Positions 19,513 to 30,208 are shown, counted from the stretch's first letter. The stretch is 64,000 nucleotides of DNA from Dehalococcoidia bacterium (GCA_965262725.1 OZ253555.1:672001-736000), one strand, 5' to 3'. The notes: generated from the letters alone by a model not told the origin. Translations and numbers: made by a program.

Positions 19513-22179
19513 GTGAACAGACGCGATCTCTGGTGGCTCGGTCTCGCGGTCGTCGCCGGCCTGGCGGTGGGGATGGTCATCCGCCAGACGTACGAGCCGT
19601 TCGCGGCGGTGGCGTCCCATCTGGACGCCGCCGGGACACTGCCCCCGATCGTGGCTCAGGGTACGACGTCTTCGGCGATTCGGGCCGCGGAGCGGGCGCT
19701 GTGCGTGAGCGGCTCGGCGGTGGGCGCGGGCAACGAGGGTCTGCTCGACGACTGCGCGGTGCTGCTTCAGGCGAGGGACACGCTGCGCGGCACGGCGACG
19801 CTCAACTGGAGCGCCGACACCGCGATCGCGGACTGGACTGGCATCGCCCTATCCGGGACGCCGCAGCGCGTGACGGAACTGACGCCGACGTACGCCGGTC
19901 TCAACGGCAGCATCCCGCCCGTGTTGGGCAGTCTCCCCGGGCTGGAGGACCTGCAACTCTCCAACAATGCGCTGACGGGCTCGATTCCCGCGGAGCTGGG
20001 CTCGCTGAGTGAGCTGGACATCCTCTACCTCCACAACAACCAGCTTGAGGGCGCGATTCCCGCGGAGCTGGGGAACCTCGCGAAGCTGCGATTCCTGGGC
20101 CTGCGCAACAACCAGCTCACGGGCACGATCCCGGCCGCGTTCGCCAGCCTGTGGGAACTGCAGGACCTCTACCTCAACAACAACCAGCTCACGGGCGCGA
20201 TTCCGGCCCTGCTGGGCGACCTCGACCTGCGCATCCTCTACGTGGCGGGCAACAGCGGGCTCACGGGCTGCATCCCTGCGGCGCTGAGCAGCGTCACCTT
20301 CAGCGACCTCGCGACGCTGAGCCTGGAGGATTGTGAGGCGGAGCCCACGCACACGCTGACGACATCGAGGACCGGCATCGGCAGCATCTCTCCGGCGCCG
20401 GGCGCGCACAGCCACCGCAGCGGGGCGCTCGTGCGCGTGGAGGTGACTCCGGGAGACGGGTATCGCGTGGCGTCGTGGGGCGGCGACTGCAGCGGAAACG
20501 GCCGGGCGACGGAGTGCATCCTCACGCTGGACGCCGCCAGGACGGCGAGCGTGACCTTTGAGGCGGGAGAGCCCATCGCGACGTACACGCTGACGACGTC
20601 GGCGGGGTCGAACGGGAGCATCTCGCCCGCAGCGGGCACGCACATCTACGACGAAGACACGAGCGTGACGGTGACGGCGGCGCCGGGGGAAGGCTACCGC
20701 GTGGGGGCCTGGGGCGGCGACTGCAGCGGCGCGGCCCTGACCTGCGTGCTGACGATGGACGCGGACAAGACGGCGAGCGTGACCTTCGAGCGGACGGCGC
20801 ACACGCTCACGACCTCGGCGGGAGCGAACGGGAGCATCTCGCCCGCGGCGGGCTCGCACAGCTACGACGAGGACACGAGCGTCACCATCACGGCGACGCC
20901 GGATGAGGGCTACGGCGTCGACTCGTGGGGTGGCGACTGCAGCGGCACGGCCCTGACGTGCGTGCTGACGATGGACGCGGACAAGGCCGCGCGCGTCGTG
21001 TTCGCGCCGTCGGGTGCGGTCTGCACAACCGCCACGGACGCGACCTGCGTCCGGGCCGTCTACACCGGCGCGCCGGGCGACTACAGCTCCATCGCGGACA
21101 TCCCCGCGGACGCGCTCATCACGCCGGACGCGGCCGGCCGCTACCACGTGGAGCGGGGCGAGCAGGTGACGGTCATCACGGCCGCCACGGTGCCCACGGG
21201 CTACACGCGCTTCTACCTGCAGTGGCGGCCTGAGGGGACCCCCCCGCCGACCTCGTTCACGCGGCTGATCCCCCCCGTGGGGACGACGTACACGTTCACG
21301 CCGACGGAGGACGAGGCCGGGTCGACGCTGATCACGTTCGACCTGACGGCGGCGCGGCCGCGGCCGCTCTCAATCGGCGACAAGCCCGAGCTGGGGGACG
21401 TGGTGGCGACGACCGTCTTCCAGGTGGTCTCGTGTGGGTCGGGTGTCGCCGTGCCTGCTCCGACGACGAACGGGGAACTGGTCGGGGACTGCGAACAACT
21501 CTTGGCGCTCCGGGACACGCTGGAGGGCGCGGCAGCGCTGAACTGGAGCGCGAGGAGGGCCATGACGAGTTGGGCCGGCGTGACGATGTCGGGCACGCCC
21601 CGGCACGTGACGGAGCTGGAGCTGGCGAACAGCGGGTTGACGGGCGAGCTAACGGGCCTGCTGGGCACGCTCACGGCGCTGACGGAGCTGCGGCTCGATG
21701 GGAACGCCCTCACGGGCATGGTCCCGTCGAAGCTTGGCCAGTTGGCGGACCTGACGCATGTCTACCTGGCCGGGAACAACCTGACGGGCTGCGTGCCGAC
21801 GTCGCTGAGGGCGGTGGCGAACAACGACATCCCCCTGTTGAACTTGGCAGACTGCGGCGCGCCGGCCGACGTTTCCGACCGAACGCGAGGGGATCCGCTC
21901 CCGGTCGGCACCTACCAGTTCGACTTTTCCTCTCAGCACGGACCTCTTGTGTTCGACATCCCACCTGGTGCCAGCGTGGAGTTGGATTACTTGGTCGTCA
22001 GCGAGCCACAGGAAGGGACTGGCGATTCCACTGAGGGTCTCCTTCTGCAAGACGAAGCCACAAAATCTTGGGTCTGTCTCGATCTAGTACGGGCCATCGA
22101 ATGTAATCGATGGGTGAGCGGTCAGAGTGTAGACGTGACCTTTGACCGTATCATCGAATCGCTCTGGGTAGCTGAGTAG
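19513..22179 (+). CDS. Secreted/anchored LRR plus InlB B-repeat surface protein
   Basis: N-terminal TM; plant-type LRRs (LxLxNNxLTGxIPxxLG); three ~72-aa repeats (LTTSAG.NGSISP..WGGDCSG..C.LTMD..KTASVTF); second LRR block. Confidence 0.9.
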   Translation: MNRRDLWWLGLAVVAGLAVGMVIRQTYEPFAAVASHLDAAGTLPPIVAQGTTSSAIRAAERALCVSGSAVGAGNEGLLDDCAVLLQARDTLRGTATLNWSADTAIADWTGIALSGTPQRVTELTPTYAGLNGSIPPVLGSLPGLEDLQLSNNALTGSIPAELGSLSELDILYLHNNQLEGAIPAELGNLAKLRFLGLRNNQLTGTIPAAFASLWELQDLYLNNNQLTGAIPALLGDLDLRILYVAGNSGLTGCIPAALSSVTFSDLATLSLEDCEAEPTHTLTTSRTGIGSISPAPGAHSHRSGALVRVEVTPGDGYRVASWGGDCSGNGRATECILTLDAARTASVTFEAGEPIATYTLTTSAGSNGSISPAAGTHIYDEDTSVTVTAAPGEGYRVGAWGGDCSGAALTCVLTMDADKTASVTFERTAHTLTTSAGANGSISPAAGSHSYDEDTSVTITATPDEGYGVDSWGGDCSGTALTCVLTMDADKAARVVFAPSGAVCTTATDATCVRAVYTGAPGDYSSIADIPADALITPDAAGRYHVERGEQVTVITAATVPTGYTRFYLQWRPEGTPPPTSFTRLIPPVGTTYTFTPTEDEAGSTLITFDLTAARPRPLSIGDKPELGDVVATTVFQVVSCGSGVAVPAPTTNGELVGDCEQLLALRDTLEGAAALNWSARRAMTSWAGVTMSGTPRHVTELELANSGLTGELTGLLGTLTALTELRLDGNALTGMVPSKLGQLADLTHVYLAGNNLTGCVPTSLRAVANNDIPLLNLADCGAPADVSDRTRGDPLPVGTYQFDFSSQHGPLVFDIPPGASVELDYLVVSEPQEGTGDSTEGLLLQDEATKSWVCLDLVRAIECNRWVSGQSVDVTFDRIIESLWVAE

Positions 22180-22185
22180 CGCGCG

Positions 22186-22821
22186 GTGATGGTACTTCAG
22201 CATGCCCCCAAGCCGATCGTAAAGGTTATCGCCACACTGCTTCTTGCTTTGGCCTCCACCGGGTTGTCACTCTTCCTACCCGTCGTAGTTTCCCCGGAGC
22301 TCTCCCAGATGGCGTTTGCGGATATCGACACTACAGCCGCAAACGTGCTGTGGGCTAACGTAAGTCGAGAGACGATCGAGGGTGAGAGCGTTACTGTTTG
22401 CTCCGACACGCATCGGAACGCCGCGCAGGACGCAGTACAGATGTGGAACAGCGGCCTGCGGGACAAGGGCTTCGTGGAATTCGACGTGTTCACCTTCGCC
22501 GACACGTGCCCCAGTGTCGCCGCCGAGTCAACGGTCAGTGTCGATCACATACTCGTACGGGGTTTGCCCGAGACTGACCCGGACTTCCGATGTCCCACAT
22601 ACTCGGATGGCACTGGCGCTACTGGTTGTGCGCTGTTGGTGGCTCAGAGAGGTGTCCAGAACAATTTTGTTGGGATTCTCGAACTGCGATTGAATACTGA
22701 CAAGAGACCCGTCGCGCACGAGAATCCGTCGCATCCAGGCTACACCGTGGCGGGGTTTGAGGCCAATCGACGCACGGTAGCCCACGAGTTGGGTCATGCA
22801 CTCGGCATGGATCACCCTAGC
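22186..22821 (+). pseudogene. Secreted zinc metallopeptidase (matrixin-like), broken after the active site
   Basis: Signal peptide; HELGHALGMDH metzincin motif; out-of-frame junction to InlB repeats at 22822. Confidence 0.75.
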
Positions 22822-23333
22822 GCAGCGGCACGTCCCGGACGAGCAGCACGTGCACGCTCACGATGAGCGGTAACCGCAGCGCGAGCGTCAGCTTCATCCG
22901 GCAGTACAGGCTGACGACATCGGCGGGAGCGAACGGGAGCATCTCCCCTGCGACGGGCAGCCACGACAGCGGCGCGTCCGTGACTGTGAGGGCGACGCCG
23001 ACGAACGCCAACTACGCCATCAGTTCGTGGGGCGGGAACTGCAGCGGCACGTCCCGGACGAGCAGCACGTGCACGCTCACGATGAGCGGTAACCGCAGCG
23101 CGAGCGTCAGCTTCATCCGGCAGTACAGGCTGACGACATCGGCGGGAGCGAACGGGAGCATCTCCCCTGCGACGGGCAGCCACGACAGCGGCGCGTCCGT
23201 GACTGTGAGGGCGACGCCGACGAACGCCAACTACGCCATCAGTTCGTGGGGCGGGAACTGCAGCGGCACGTCCCGGACGAGCAGCACGTGCACGCTCACG
23301 ATGAGCGGTAACCGCAGCGCGAGCGTCAGCTTC
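22822..23333 (+). repeat. Exact 219-bp tandem repeat (~2.3 copies) encoding InlB B-repeats
   Basis: GCAGCGGCACGTCCCGGACG recurs at 22822, 23041 and 23260. Confidence 0.9.
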
Positions 23334-23645
23334 GCGAGGGTGCCGGTCACGTACACGCTGAGCACGTCGGTGAGGCCGTCGGGAATCGGGTCGATCAGCG
23401 TCAGCCCGGCGGGGCCGTACAGTCCGGGGACAAGCGTGAGCGCGTCGGCCACATCGAACTATCCGGACTATCGGTTCTCCCACTGGGTGGGTCCGGGATC
23501 GGGCGTCTCGCCGCGGACCATCACGATGAACGGGCACTATAGCCTGACGGCCGTCTTCGTGCCGATCACCGAGTGCACGCCGGGCGTGGACTGCCGCCGG
23601 AGCGACGACGGCGAGGGCGAGGAGGGGAGCACGCCCGCGCCGTAG
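22863..23645 (+). pseudogene. InlB B-repeat C-terminal part of the peptidase-linked surface protein
   Basis: Repeated LTTSAGANGSISP..WGGNCSG..CTLTMSGNRSASVSF; no signal peptide of its own. Confidence 0.7.
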
Positions 23646-23702
23646 CGACGCCGCTGGGGCGACAATCGCTTCGGGCAGGCCGATGCGCCCGTGGGCCTCT
23701 AG

Positions 23703-25095
23703 CAGGGTTGTGATTTTCTCCCTGGGTGCCCGGAGCATGGCCGGCGGTGCCCCGCGGGTGCAACAAACGCCCCCGGTAGCTGTCAGAAGCCCCAGGTAGT
23801 GGTCGACTGTAACTGATAAGACGAGTACACTAACGATCATACAAGAGGGACCCCCACGAGGGAGGATATCGATGCGAGGACAGAGCGAGGACCAGGGCCG
23901 CGCCACTCTCACCTACCCGGAGATGTTCGTCCCCAGCGACCACCCGCTCCGACGCATCAAGCCCATCGTCGACCGGGCGCTCGCCAATCTCTCCCCGCGC
24001 TTCGACGGTCTCTACAGCGAGTCCGGGCGACCGTCGATTCCGCCCGAGACGCTGCTCAAGTCGACACTCCTCATCGCCTTCTTCTCGATTCGTAGCGAGA
24101 GCCAGTTCTGCGAGCGGCTGCGGTCCGACATGGCGTTCAAGTGGTTCCTCGACCTCCCGGGAGACCCCGGTTCCTTCGACCGCTCCACGTTCTCGAAGAA
24201 CCGCTCCCGGCTCCTTGACGGCGACATCGCCCGGGGGTTCTTCGAGGAAGTCGTGAGGGAGGCGAGGGAGCGGAACCTGCTGTCCGAGGAGCACTTCACG
24301 GTCGACGGGTCGCAGCTCGAGGCGTGGGCGTCGCACAAGAGCTACCGGTCACGCGACGAGCAGGACGGGGACAAGCCTGCGGGCCGCAATCCGGACGTCG
24401 ACTTCCGCGGCGAGCGCCGGCACCGGGACACCCACGTCAGCACGACCGATCCCGGCGCGCACCTGTACCGGAAGGGGAACGGGCAGGCGGCGCGCCCGAG
24501 CTACATCGGGCATGTGATGACGGAGAACCGCAACGGGCTCATCGTCGATGTCGAGCTCACGACGGCGCACGGGCGGGCGGAGCGGGATGCGGCGCTGGCC
24601 ATGGCCGAGCGCAGCCTGACACCGGGGGCGACGCTGGGCGCCGACAAGGGATACGACGCGAAGCACTTCGTGGAGGGGCTGTGCGAACTCGGGGTCGTGC
24701 CGCACGTGGCACGGCGAGCGAAGCACAGCGCCATCCCCGAGGAGGTGGCGCAGACGCCCGGCTACGAGGTGAGTCAGCGCCGGCGCAAGATGGTGGAGGA
24801 GAGCTTCGGGTGGCTGAAGACCGTGGGGGGCGGGCGCAAGCTCCGCTACATCGGCGAACAGGTCAACGGTTTCTGGATGGAGATGGGCGCTGCCGCGTAC
24901 AACCTGGTGCGCGTGGCCAATATCGACGCCGCGCTGTCACGGGCGTAGTGCGCCCGGAGTAGGTCCCGGGGCGCCCGGACGGGGTGAGAGAGCCCCGGAG
25001 GGGGCCAGAATCGGCCCCGAAATGACGCCGCATACGCCCTCTTGGCGGTGATTCGCTCCGTGGCCGCGCCAAAGGGGGCCTTTTTCCCGACCCTG
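23703..25095 (+). mobile_element. IS5 family element
   Basis: Imperfect IRs CAGGGTTGTGA / TCCCGACCCTG flanked by CTAG on both sides (23699-23702 and 25096-25099). Confidence 0.85.
23872..24948 (+). CDS. IS5 family DDE transposase
   Basis: HPLRRI, GRPSIPPE, VDGS, STTDP.A, GADKGYD, R..VEESFGW.K. Confidence 0.95.
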   Translation: MRGQSEDQGRATLTYPEMFVPSDHPLRRIKPIVDRALANLSPRFDGLYSESGRPSIPPETLLKSTLLIAFFSIRSESQFCERLRSDMAFKWFLDLPGDPGSFDRSTFSKNRSRLLDGDIARGFFEEVVREARERNLLSEEHFTVDGSQLEAWASHKSYRSRDEQDGDKPAGRNPDVDFRGERRHRDTHVSTTDPGAHLYRKGNGQAARPSYIGHVMTENRNGLIVDVELTTAHGRAERDAALAMAERSLTPGATLGADKGYDAKHFVEGLCELGVVPHVARRAKHSAIPEEVAQTPGYEVSQRRRKMVEESFGWLKTVGGGRKLRYIGEQVNGFWMEMGAAAYNLVRVANIDAALSRA

Positions 25096-25260
25096 CTAGG
25101 CGGCGATCAGCGCCAGCCCGGAGTGCACCTGCGCTCTCGCACGTCGGCGATGTCGTGTGTTGGGGGGAAACGCGGTACGGGAAGGAGTTGTTGATTCTCC
25201 CGTAAGCGGGGCGAAGGCCGCTCGCATATTCGGGCCGAGAGCTGAGCAGAAGGCGGATTC

Positions 25261-25614
25261 ATGGAGATCGACTTTGGCGTATGGAACGCCGTGGCGGCGG
25301 ACGGCCGGCCTTATCCTGACCCCCTCACGCTGGCCGAGCAGCGCGTGCTGGAGGAACTGCGCAAGGGTGGAACGAACGGCGAGATCGCTGAGCGACTGGG
25401 GCTCGCCCCGGAGACGGTCCAGACTCACGTTGCGAGAATGCTCTCGAAGCTCGATCTCGACACCCGCCGACAGCTCACCGCGTGGCAACCCGAGCGACCC
25501 GGAGTCCGAAGACGGGTGCGCTCCCTGCTCGCGCCGCTGGCGTTCTGGATGCCCGGGTCTACAGTCAGCCAATACTTGGGGCGGCGTTGCCGCGTCGCGG
25601 GAGAAGTGCGATGA
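25261..25614 (+). CDS. LuxR C-terminal HTH regulator
   Basis: LT.AEQRVL..L.KG.TN.EIAERLG...ETV.THV..ML.KL; ATGA overlap with the next gene. Confidence 0.85.
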   Translation: MEIDFGVWNAVAADGRPYPDPLTLAEQRVLEELRKGGTNGEIAERLGLAPETVQTHVARMLSKLDLDTRRQLTAWQPERPGVRRRVRSLLAPLAFWMPGSTVSQYLGRRCRVAGEVR

Positions 25615-26849
25615 GAGTACGGCATCGAGGTCTCGGGGTTGCGGCTCTGGTGCTGACGCTGGTCGTGGGGGCTGCCTGTGGGTCGGCTACCCCTCAGCCG
25701 TCGCCGGTAGGCACGGCTCCACTGGCACCTGCCGCTCTGTCTAGCCCCAGCGCCGAGCCCACGGCGACTGCCGAGCCCACGGCGACCGCCGAGCCCACGG
25801 CGACTGCCGAGCCCACGGCGACCGCGACACCCACGGCGACTGCCGAGCCCACGGCGACCGCGACACCCACGGCGACCGCCGAGCCCACGGCGACCGCGAC
25901 ACCCACGGCGACTGCGGAGCCCACGGCGACTGCGGAGCCCACGGCGACCGCGACACCCACGGCGACTGCGGAGCCCACGGCGACTGCGGAGCCCACGGCG
26001 ACTGCGGAGCCCACGGCGACTGCGACACCCACTCCGACCACACCTGTCCAGGTTGCGTCGTGCGCGTCAGGGATCGCGGTCCCGAATCCGACCACGAACG
26101 AGCAACTCGTGGGGGAATGCGCCCATCTGCTAGCGCTCAGGGACACACTCGCGGGAACAAGGACGCTCAACTGGAGCACCACGAGGGATATGGCAAGCTG
26201 GACCGGCGTGACGGTGGAGGGGACGCCCCGACGGGTGGTGAAACTGGATCTGGCGAATAGCGGGTTGACGGGCGAACTCTCGGGCCTGCTGGGCACGCTC
26301 ACCTCGCTAACGGAACTGCGGCTGGACGGGAACGCCCTCACGGGCCGGATCCCGTCGAAGGTCATCAGGTTGACGCGCCTGACGGATGCCTACCTGGCCA
26401 GCAACAACCTGACTGGCTGTGTGCCGCCGTCGCTCCGGCTAGTGGGGAACAACGACATGCCCTCCCTCGGCCTGGGGGACTGCGACGCACCAACAGACGT
26501 CTCCGACCGAACTCGAGGGGATCCGCTCCCGGTCGGCACCTATCAATACAAGGCGTCATCGCGGCACGTGCCTCTTGTATTCGATATCCCGCCCGGAGCC
26601 AGCATGGCGTTGGATGACCTTGTGGCCACCGAGCCAGAGGAAGGGACCGGATACTCCACTCAGGGTCTCCTTCTGCAAGACGAAGCCACACAATCCTGGC
26701 TGTGCCTCGACCTACTCCGCGCAATCGAATGCAATCGGTGGGTGCTGCAGACGGGTCAGGGTCCGGCGTTATCGGGCGAGCCTAGTCTCGATGTGATCTT
26801 TGACCGCATCGTCGAATCCCTATGGTTGGCCGAGCGGAGCGAAGGGTGA
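25611..26849 (+). CDS. Lipoprotein with Pro/Thr/Ala stalk and LRR domain (paralog of the C-terminal part of 19513-22179)
   Basis: Lipobox VGAAC; PTATAE repeats; LDLANSGLTGELSGLLG..LDGNALTG; shared C-domain ending FDRI.ESLW. Confidence 0.85.
   Translation: MRVRHRGLGVAALVLTLVVGAACGSATPQPSPVGTAPLAPAALSSPSAEPTATAEPTATAEPTATAEPTATATPTATAEPTATATPTATAEPTATATPTATAEPTATAEPTATATPTATAEPTATAEPTATAEPTATATPTPTTPVQVASCASGIAVPNPTTNEQLVGECAHLLALRDTLAGTRTLNWSTTRDMASWTGVTVEGTPRRVVKLDLANSGLTGELSGLLGTLTSLTELRLDGNALTGRIPSKVIRLTRLTDAYLASNNLTGCVPPSLRLVGNNDMPSLGLGDCDAPTDVSDRTRGDPLPVGTYQYKASSRHVPLVFDIPPGASMALDDLVATEPEEGTGYSTQGLLLQDEATQSWLCLDLLRAIECNRWVLQTGQGPALSGEPSLDVIFDRIVESLWLAERSEG
25752..26030 (+). repeat. 18-bp coding minisatellite (PTATAE/PTATAT)
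   Basis: About 15 units of CCCACGGCGAC(T/C)GC(C/G)(GAG/ACA). Confidence 0.9.
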
Positions 26850-26896
26850 CGCTACGAGATGGCTCCAGCGCAGATCGCAGGATGCATCACCGGTGG

Positions 26897-27300
26897 TACG
26901 ACAGCGGTGCGTCGGTGACGGTAACGGCGAGGCCGAACGCCAACTAGGCCATCGCCTCCTGGGGCGGGAACTGCAGCGGCACGTCCTCCACGAGCAGCAC
27001 GTGCACGCTCACGATGAGCGGTAACCGCAGCGCGAGCGTCGGCTTCGCGCGGGTGCCGGTCACGTACACGCTGAGCACGTCGGTGAGGCCGTCGGGAATC
27101 GGGTCGATCAGCGTCAGCCCGGCGGGGCCGTACGGTCCGGGGACAAGCGTGAGCGCATCGGCCACATCGAACTATCCGGACTATCGATTCTCCCACTGGG
27201 TGGGTCCGGGATCGGGCGTCTCGCCGCGGACCATCACGATGAACGGGCACTACAGTCTGACGGCCGTCTTCGTGCCGATCACCGAGTGCACGCCGGGCGT
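26897..27300 (+). pseudogene. Second copy of the InlB-repeat C-terminus (near-identical to ~23185-23590)
   Basis: Near-identical DNA; in-frame TAG near 26945 (AAC TAG GCC versus AAC TAC GCC). Confidence 0.8.
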
Positions 27301-27805
27301 GGAGCAGGTGGAGCTGCCCCCGGAGCGGCGGCGGCGGGTCGTGGTGCTGGTCGACGAGTCGAGCACGCTCGCGGCGGTCGACTACAGCCGGATGCTCTCC
27401 GAGCCTGGGAAGTAGGGAGCGAGCTTCGTGCTGGTCACGCAGGGCCTGGCGAAGCTCGATGCCGTCGACCGGTCGCTGGCGCCGACGATCTTCTCGAACA
27501 TCGACGGCCTCACCGTCTTCCAGGTCAGCGCCGAGGACGCCCGCCGGCTGGCGCCGGAACTCGGGGGCGACCTCGAGGTCGAGGACTTGACCGGCCTCGA
27601 CGATTTCGCGTGCTACGCGCGTTGGTGGGACGGCGCCGCGCGGCCGGCCGCGTTCTCGTTCCGCGTGGACCCGCCGGCCGCGGTGGCGGCGGAGCGGGTG
27701 CGCGCGGTGGCGGGACGCTCGGCGCTGCGCTTCGGCCGGCCGCGAGAGACCGTCGCAGCCGAGGTCGCGCTCGCTCTTGAGGCCACGGGCTCGCCCGCGC
27801 CGTGA
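27301..27805 (+). pseudogene. C-terminal fragment of a VirD4-like coupling protein
   Basis: VLVDESSTL..DY.RMLSE.GK*GASFVLVTQ matches 43.7-44.2 kb; in-frame TAG at 27413. Confidence 0.85.
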
Positions 27806-28052
27806 GGGGCCGAGAGCGGTCGGGCGCGGCCGGACCGCTCCGGCCCGTGGGCGGCAGAGTGGACCGGGCGGTTTGGCCGTGGCCTCAATGCTGAAGGGGG
27901 ACAGGTCCCGGAGCAGATCAGGTAGTCGACCGGAAGCTCGAAGCGCTCTCGAGCCAGACCAGTCGGCTGATGGAGGAACACCAGGACTTGTGTGCGGGCG
28001 GAGGTGGTCGGGCAGGTTCTGCCTCGTCCGGCCACATCCACGAGCGAATCGC

Positions 28053-28370
28053 TCAGAGCCGCCACGCGGGCGACTCGCCGTCGTTGAGGGCGACGAGCGC
28101 GTCGCGCACGGGCTCAGGGAGGCTCTCCCAGGGCGGCAGTGTGTAGCCGTCGAACTCGGCGACGGGCACCCACTCCTCCGGCGCGACCTCCTTCTCGATC
28201 GCTTCGATCCCGTAGTTGTGCAGCCCCCAGATCTGGGTACGGCAGCGGTAGGGGCCAGCCGCCTCGATGGCGGCGGCGACCTCGTCGGTGAAGTTGGGTC
28301 CGTCCCCGTCGTCGAAGCCGAACTTCGAGAACGCGTCGGTGATCTCCCAGCAGATGATCCGTCGTGGCAT
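28053..28370 (-). CDS. Small acidic hypothetical protein
   Basis: GAGGGAG RBS; W..TDAFSKFGFDDGDG..WGLHN; 105 aa. Confidence 0.7.
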   Translation of the reverse strand: MPRRIICWEITDAFSKFGFDDGDGPNFTDEVAAAIEAAGPYRCRTQIWGLHNYGIEAIEKEVAPEEWVPVAEFDGYTLPPWESLPEPVRDALVALNDGESPAWRL

Positions 28371-28394
28371 CAGGTTCTCCCTCTCTCGGTGCTG

Positions 28395-29654
28395 CAGAGG
28401 TGCTCGGCCGGATGGCCGGGGATCCTCCGCCTCCCCGGGAGGCGGAGGCGCGCACCCCGGCCGGCGGACGGCCGCGGACCGGCGACGATCGCGGGGGCGA
28501 TGCCGCCGGTGTGGGCGCCACCCTCGCGCACCCGGTCGTGCCCCCGGTCGTGCCCCACGACCCGCCCGGGTTCGCAGCACGCGGCGGCGGCGGGCGAGAC
28601 GCCGTGTCCTCTGCGCCCGTCCGACCGGGCGGCGAGCCGGATCTGGATCTGGATCCGGATCTGCCCGAGCCCGTGCCCGCGGCCCCGCAGGATGCCGGGT
28701 GCGAGGACGGTCGGGTGCGGTCGGCGGCCCCCCCGGAGCCGCCCGGCGGGGCGGCCGCGGGCGCGATCCTCTCCGGCGGATCCCCGCAGGCACACGGCCC
28801 GGCGCCGGCGATCCGCCAGTCGGCGCTGCTCACTCACACCGACCTCTCCCCGGCGGCGGCGGATGGCCCGCCCGCCGCGCAGGCGGTCTTCACGGTGCGG
28901 TGCCTCGGCCCCTTCGAGCTGCGGCTCGGAGCCACCCCCGTCGCGAGCTGGCCCGTCACGAAGTCCCGCGAGCTGCTGGCGTTCCTCGCCACGCAGGGCG
29001 GAAGGCCCGTGCCGCGCGAGTCCGTCGCCGAGGCGCTGTGGCCGGACTACCTCTGGGACGCGAGCCTCCGGCACACGATCGCGAATGCCGTGAGCAGCCT
29101 GCGGGGAGTCGTGCGGTCCGCGGCAGGCAGCGATGAACTTGCAGCCGGTGGTCACCGCCCGCCAGCGATACCAGCTCCAGACCGCCCTCTTCCGCATCGA
29201 CCTCGACGAATTCGAGTCCGCGCTCAGGCGCGCGGCCGTGCTCCCCGATGTGGACGCGCTTGCCGAGTACGAGCGCGCCGCGGCGCTCTGCCGGGGAGAC
29301 TTCCTCGAGGGGGAGCCGTTCCCGTGGCTCGACGCCTACCGGGCCGACTACCGCCGGCGAGTGTCCGACGGGGCGAGCCGCGGCGCAGCGGTCGCCGAAC
29401 GGCTCGGGGAGCGGGAGCGGGCGTCGCTCCTCTACCGGGTGGTCCTGGAGCAGGAGCCGACCGACGAGGCGGCCGCGCGGGGACTGATGCGCCATCTCGC
29501 GGCGGCCCGGGACGCCAACGGGGTCCGCAAGGTCTTCAAGGTGCTGTCCGAGGCGTTGAAACGGGAGCTGGACGACCCGCAGGCGGCGCCCGGGCAGGAG
29601 ACGCGGGAGCTGCTCGCCGCGCTCCTGGCCCGGGAGCCGGGAGCGGTGGTGTGA
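28395..29654 (+). pseudogene. wHTH-BTAD regulator C-terminal half, copy 3 (frame change at ~29137)
   Basis: VRCLGPFEL..KSRELLAFLA..VAEALWP..SSLR, then LQPVVTARQRYQL..BTAD in another frame. Confidence 0.8.
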
Positions 29655-30208
29655 CGGGGCGCATCGCCGGCGTGCGCCCCGCTTGGCTGGTGAGGGACCG
29701 GGAGCCGCGGGCAGCGTACCCGGCGCTCGCGGGAGCGGCTCTCGTGGTCGGGGCGATCCTCGCGCTGCGCGGGCGGGAGCCGGCGGAGATCGTCCTGGGT
29801 TCGGGCTTCGGTGTCTGCTTCCTGGCGCTGGCCTGGTCGGACCTCCGGCGCCGCGTCATCCCGAACCGGCTCGTCTACCCGGCGCTGGTCCTGGCGATCG
29901 CCGTCTCCGGCGCCTGGCCCGACCGCGGGGTGGTCGAGGCGCTCACGGGCGGGCTCGGCGCGCTTGTCGTCGCGATCGCCATCCGCGGACTGAGCGGGGG
30001 CGGCCTCGGCGGCGGGGACGTGAAGATGGTTGCGCTTGTTGGGGCGGTCGTGGGCTACCCGGGCGTGCTGTCGGCCGGATTCTGGGCCGCGCTCGCGGGA
30101 GGCGTGACGGCCGCGGCGCTGCTGGTCACGCGGCGAGCCGGCCGCGGTGACCGCGTGCCCTACGGGCCGTGCATCGCGCTCGGCGCGGTTGCGGCGCTGC
30201 TGGGCTGA
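29651..30208 (+). CDS. Prepilin peptidase, A24 family (copy 2)
   Basis: SDLRRRVIPN, GLGGGDVKM, PYGP; GTGA overlap with the BTAD gene. Confidence 0.85.
   Translation: MTGRIAGVRPAWLVRDREPRAAYPALAGAALVVGAILALRGREPAEIVLGSGFGVCFLALAWSDLRRRVIPNRLVYPALVLAIAVSGAWPDRGVVEALTGGLGALVVAIAIRGLSGGGLGGGDVKMVALVGAVVGYPGVLSAGFWAALAGGVTAAALLVTRRAGRGDRVPYGPCIALGAVAALLG

Noticed and set aside
25752-26030. Non-coding repeat array or CRISPR
   Set aside because: In-frame 18-bp units encode a Pro/Thr/Ala stalk.
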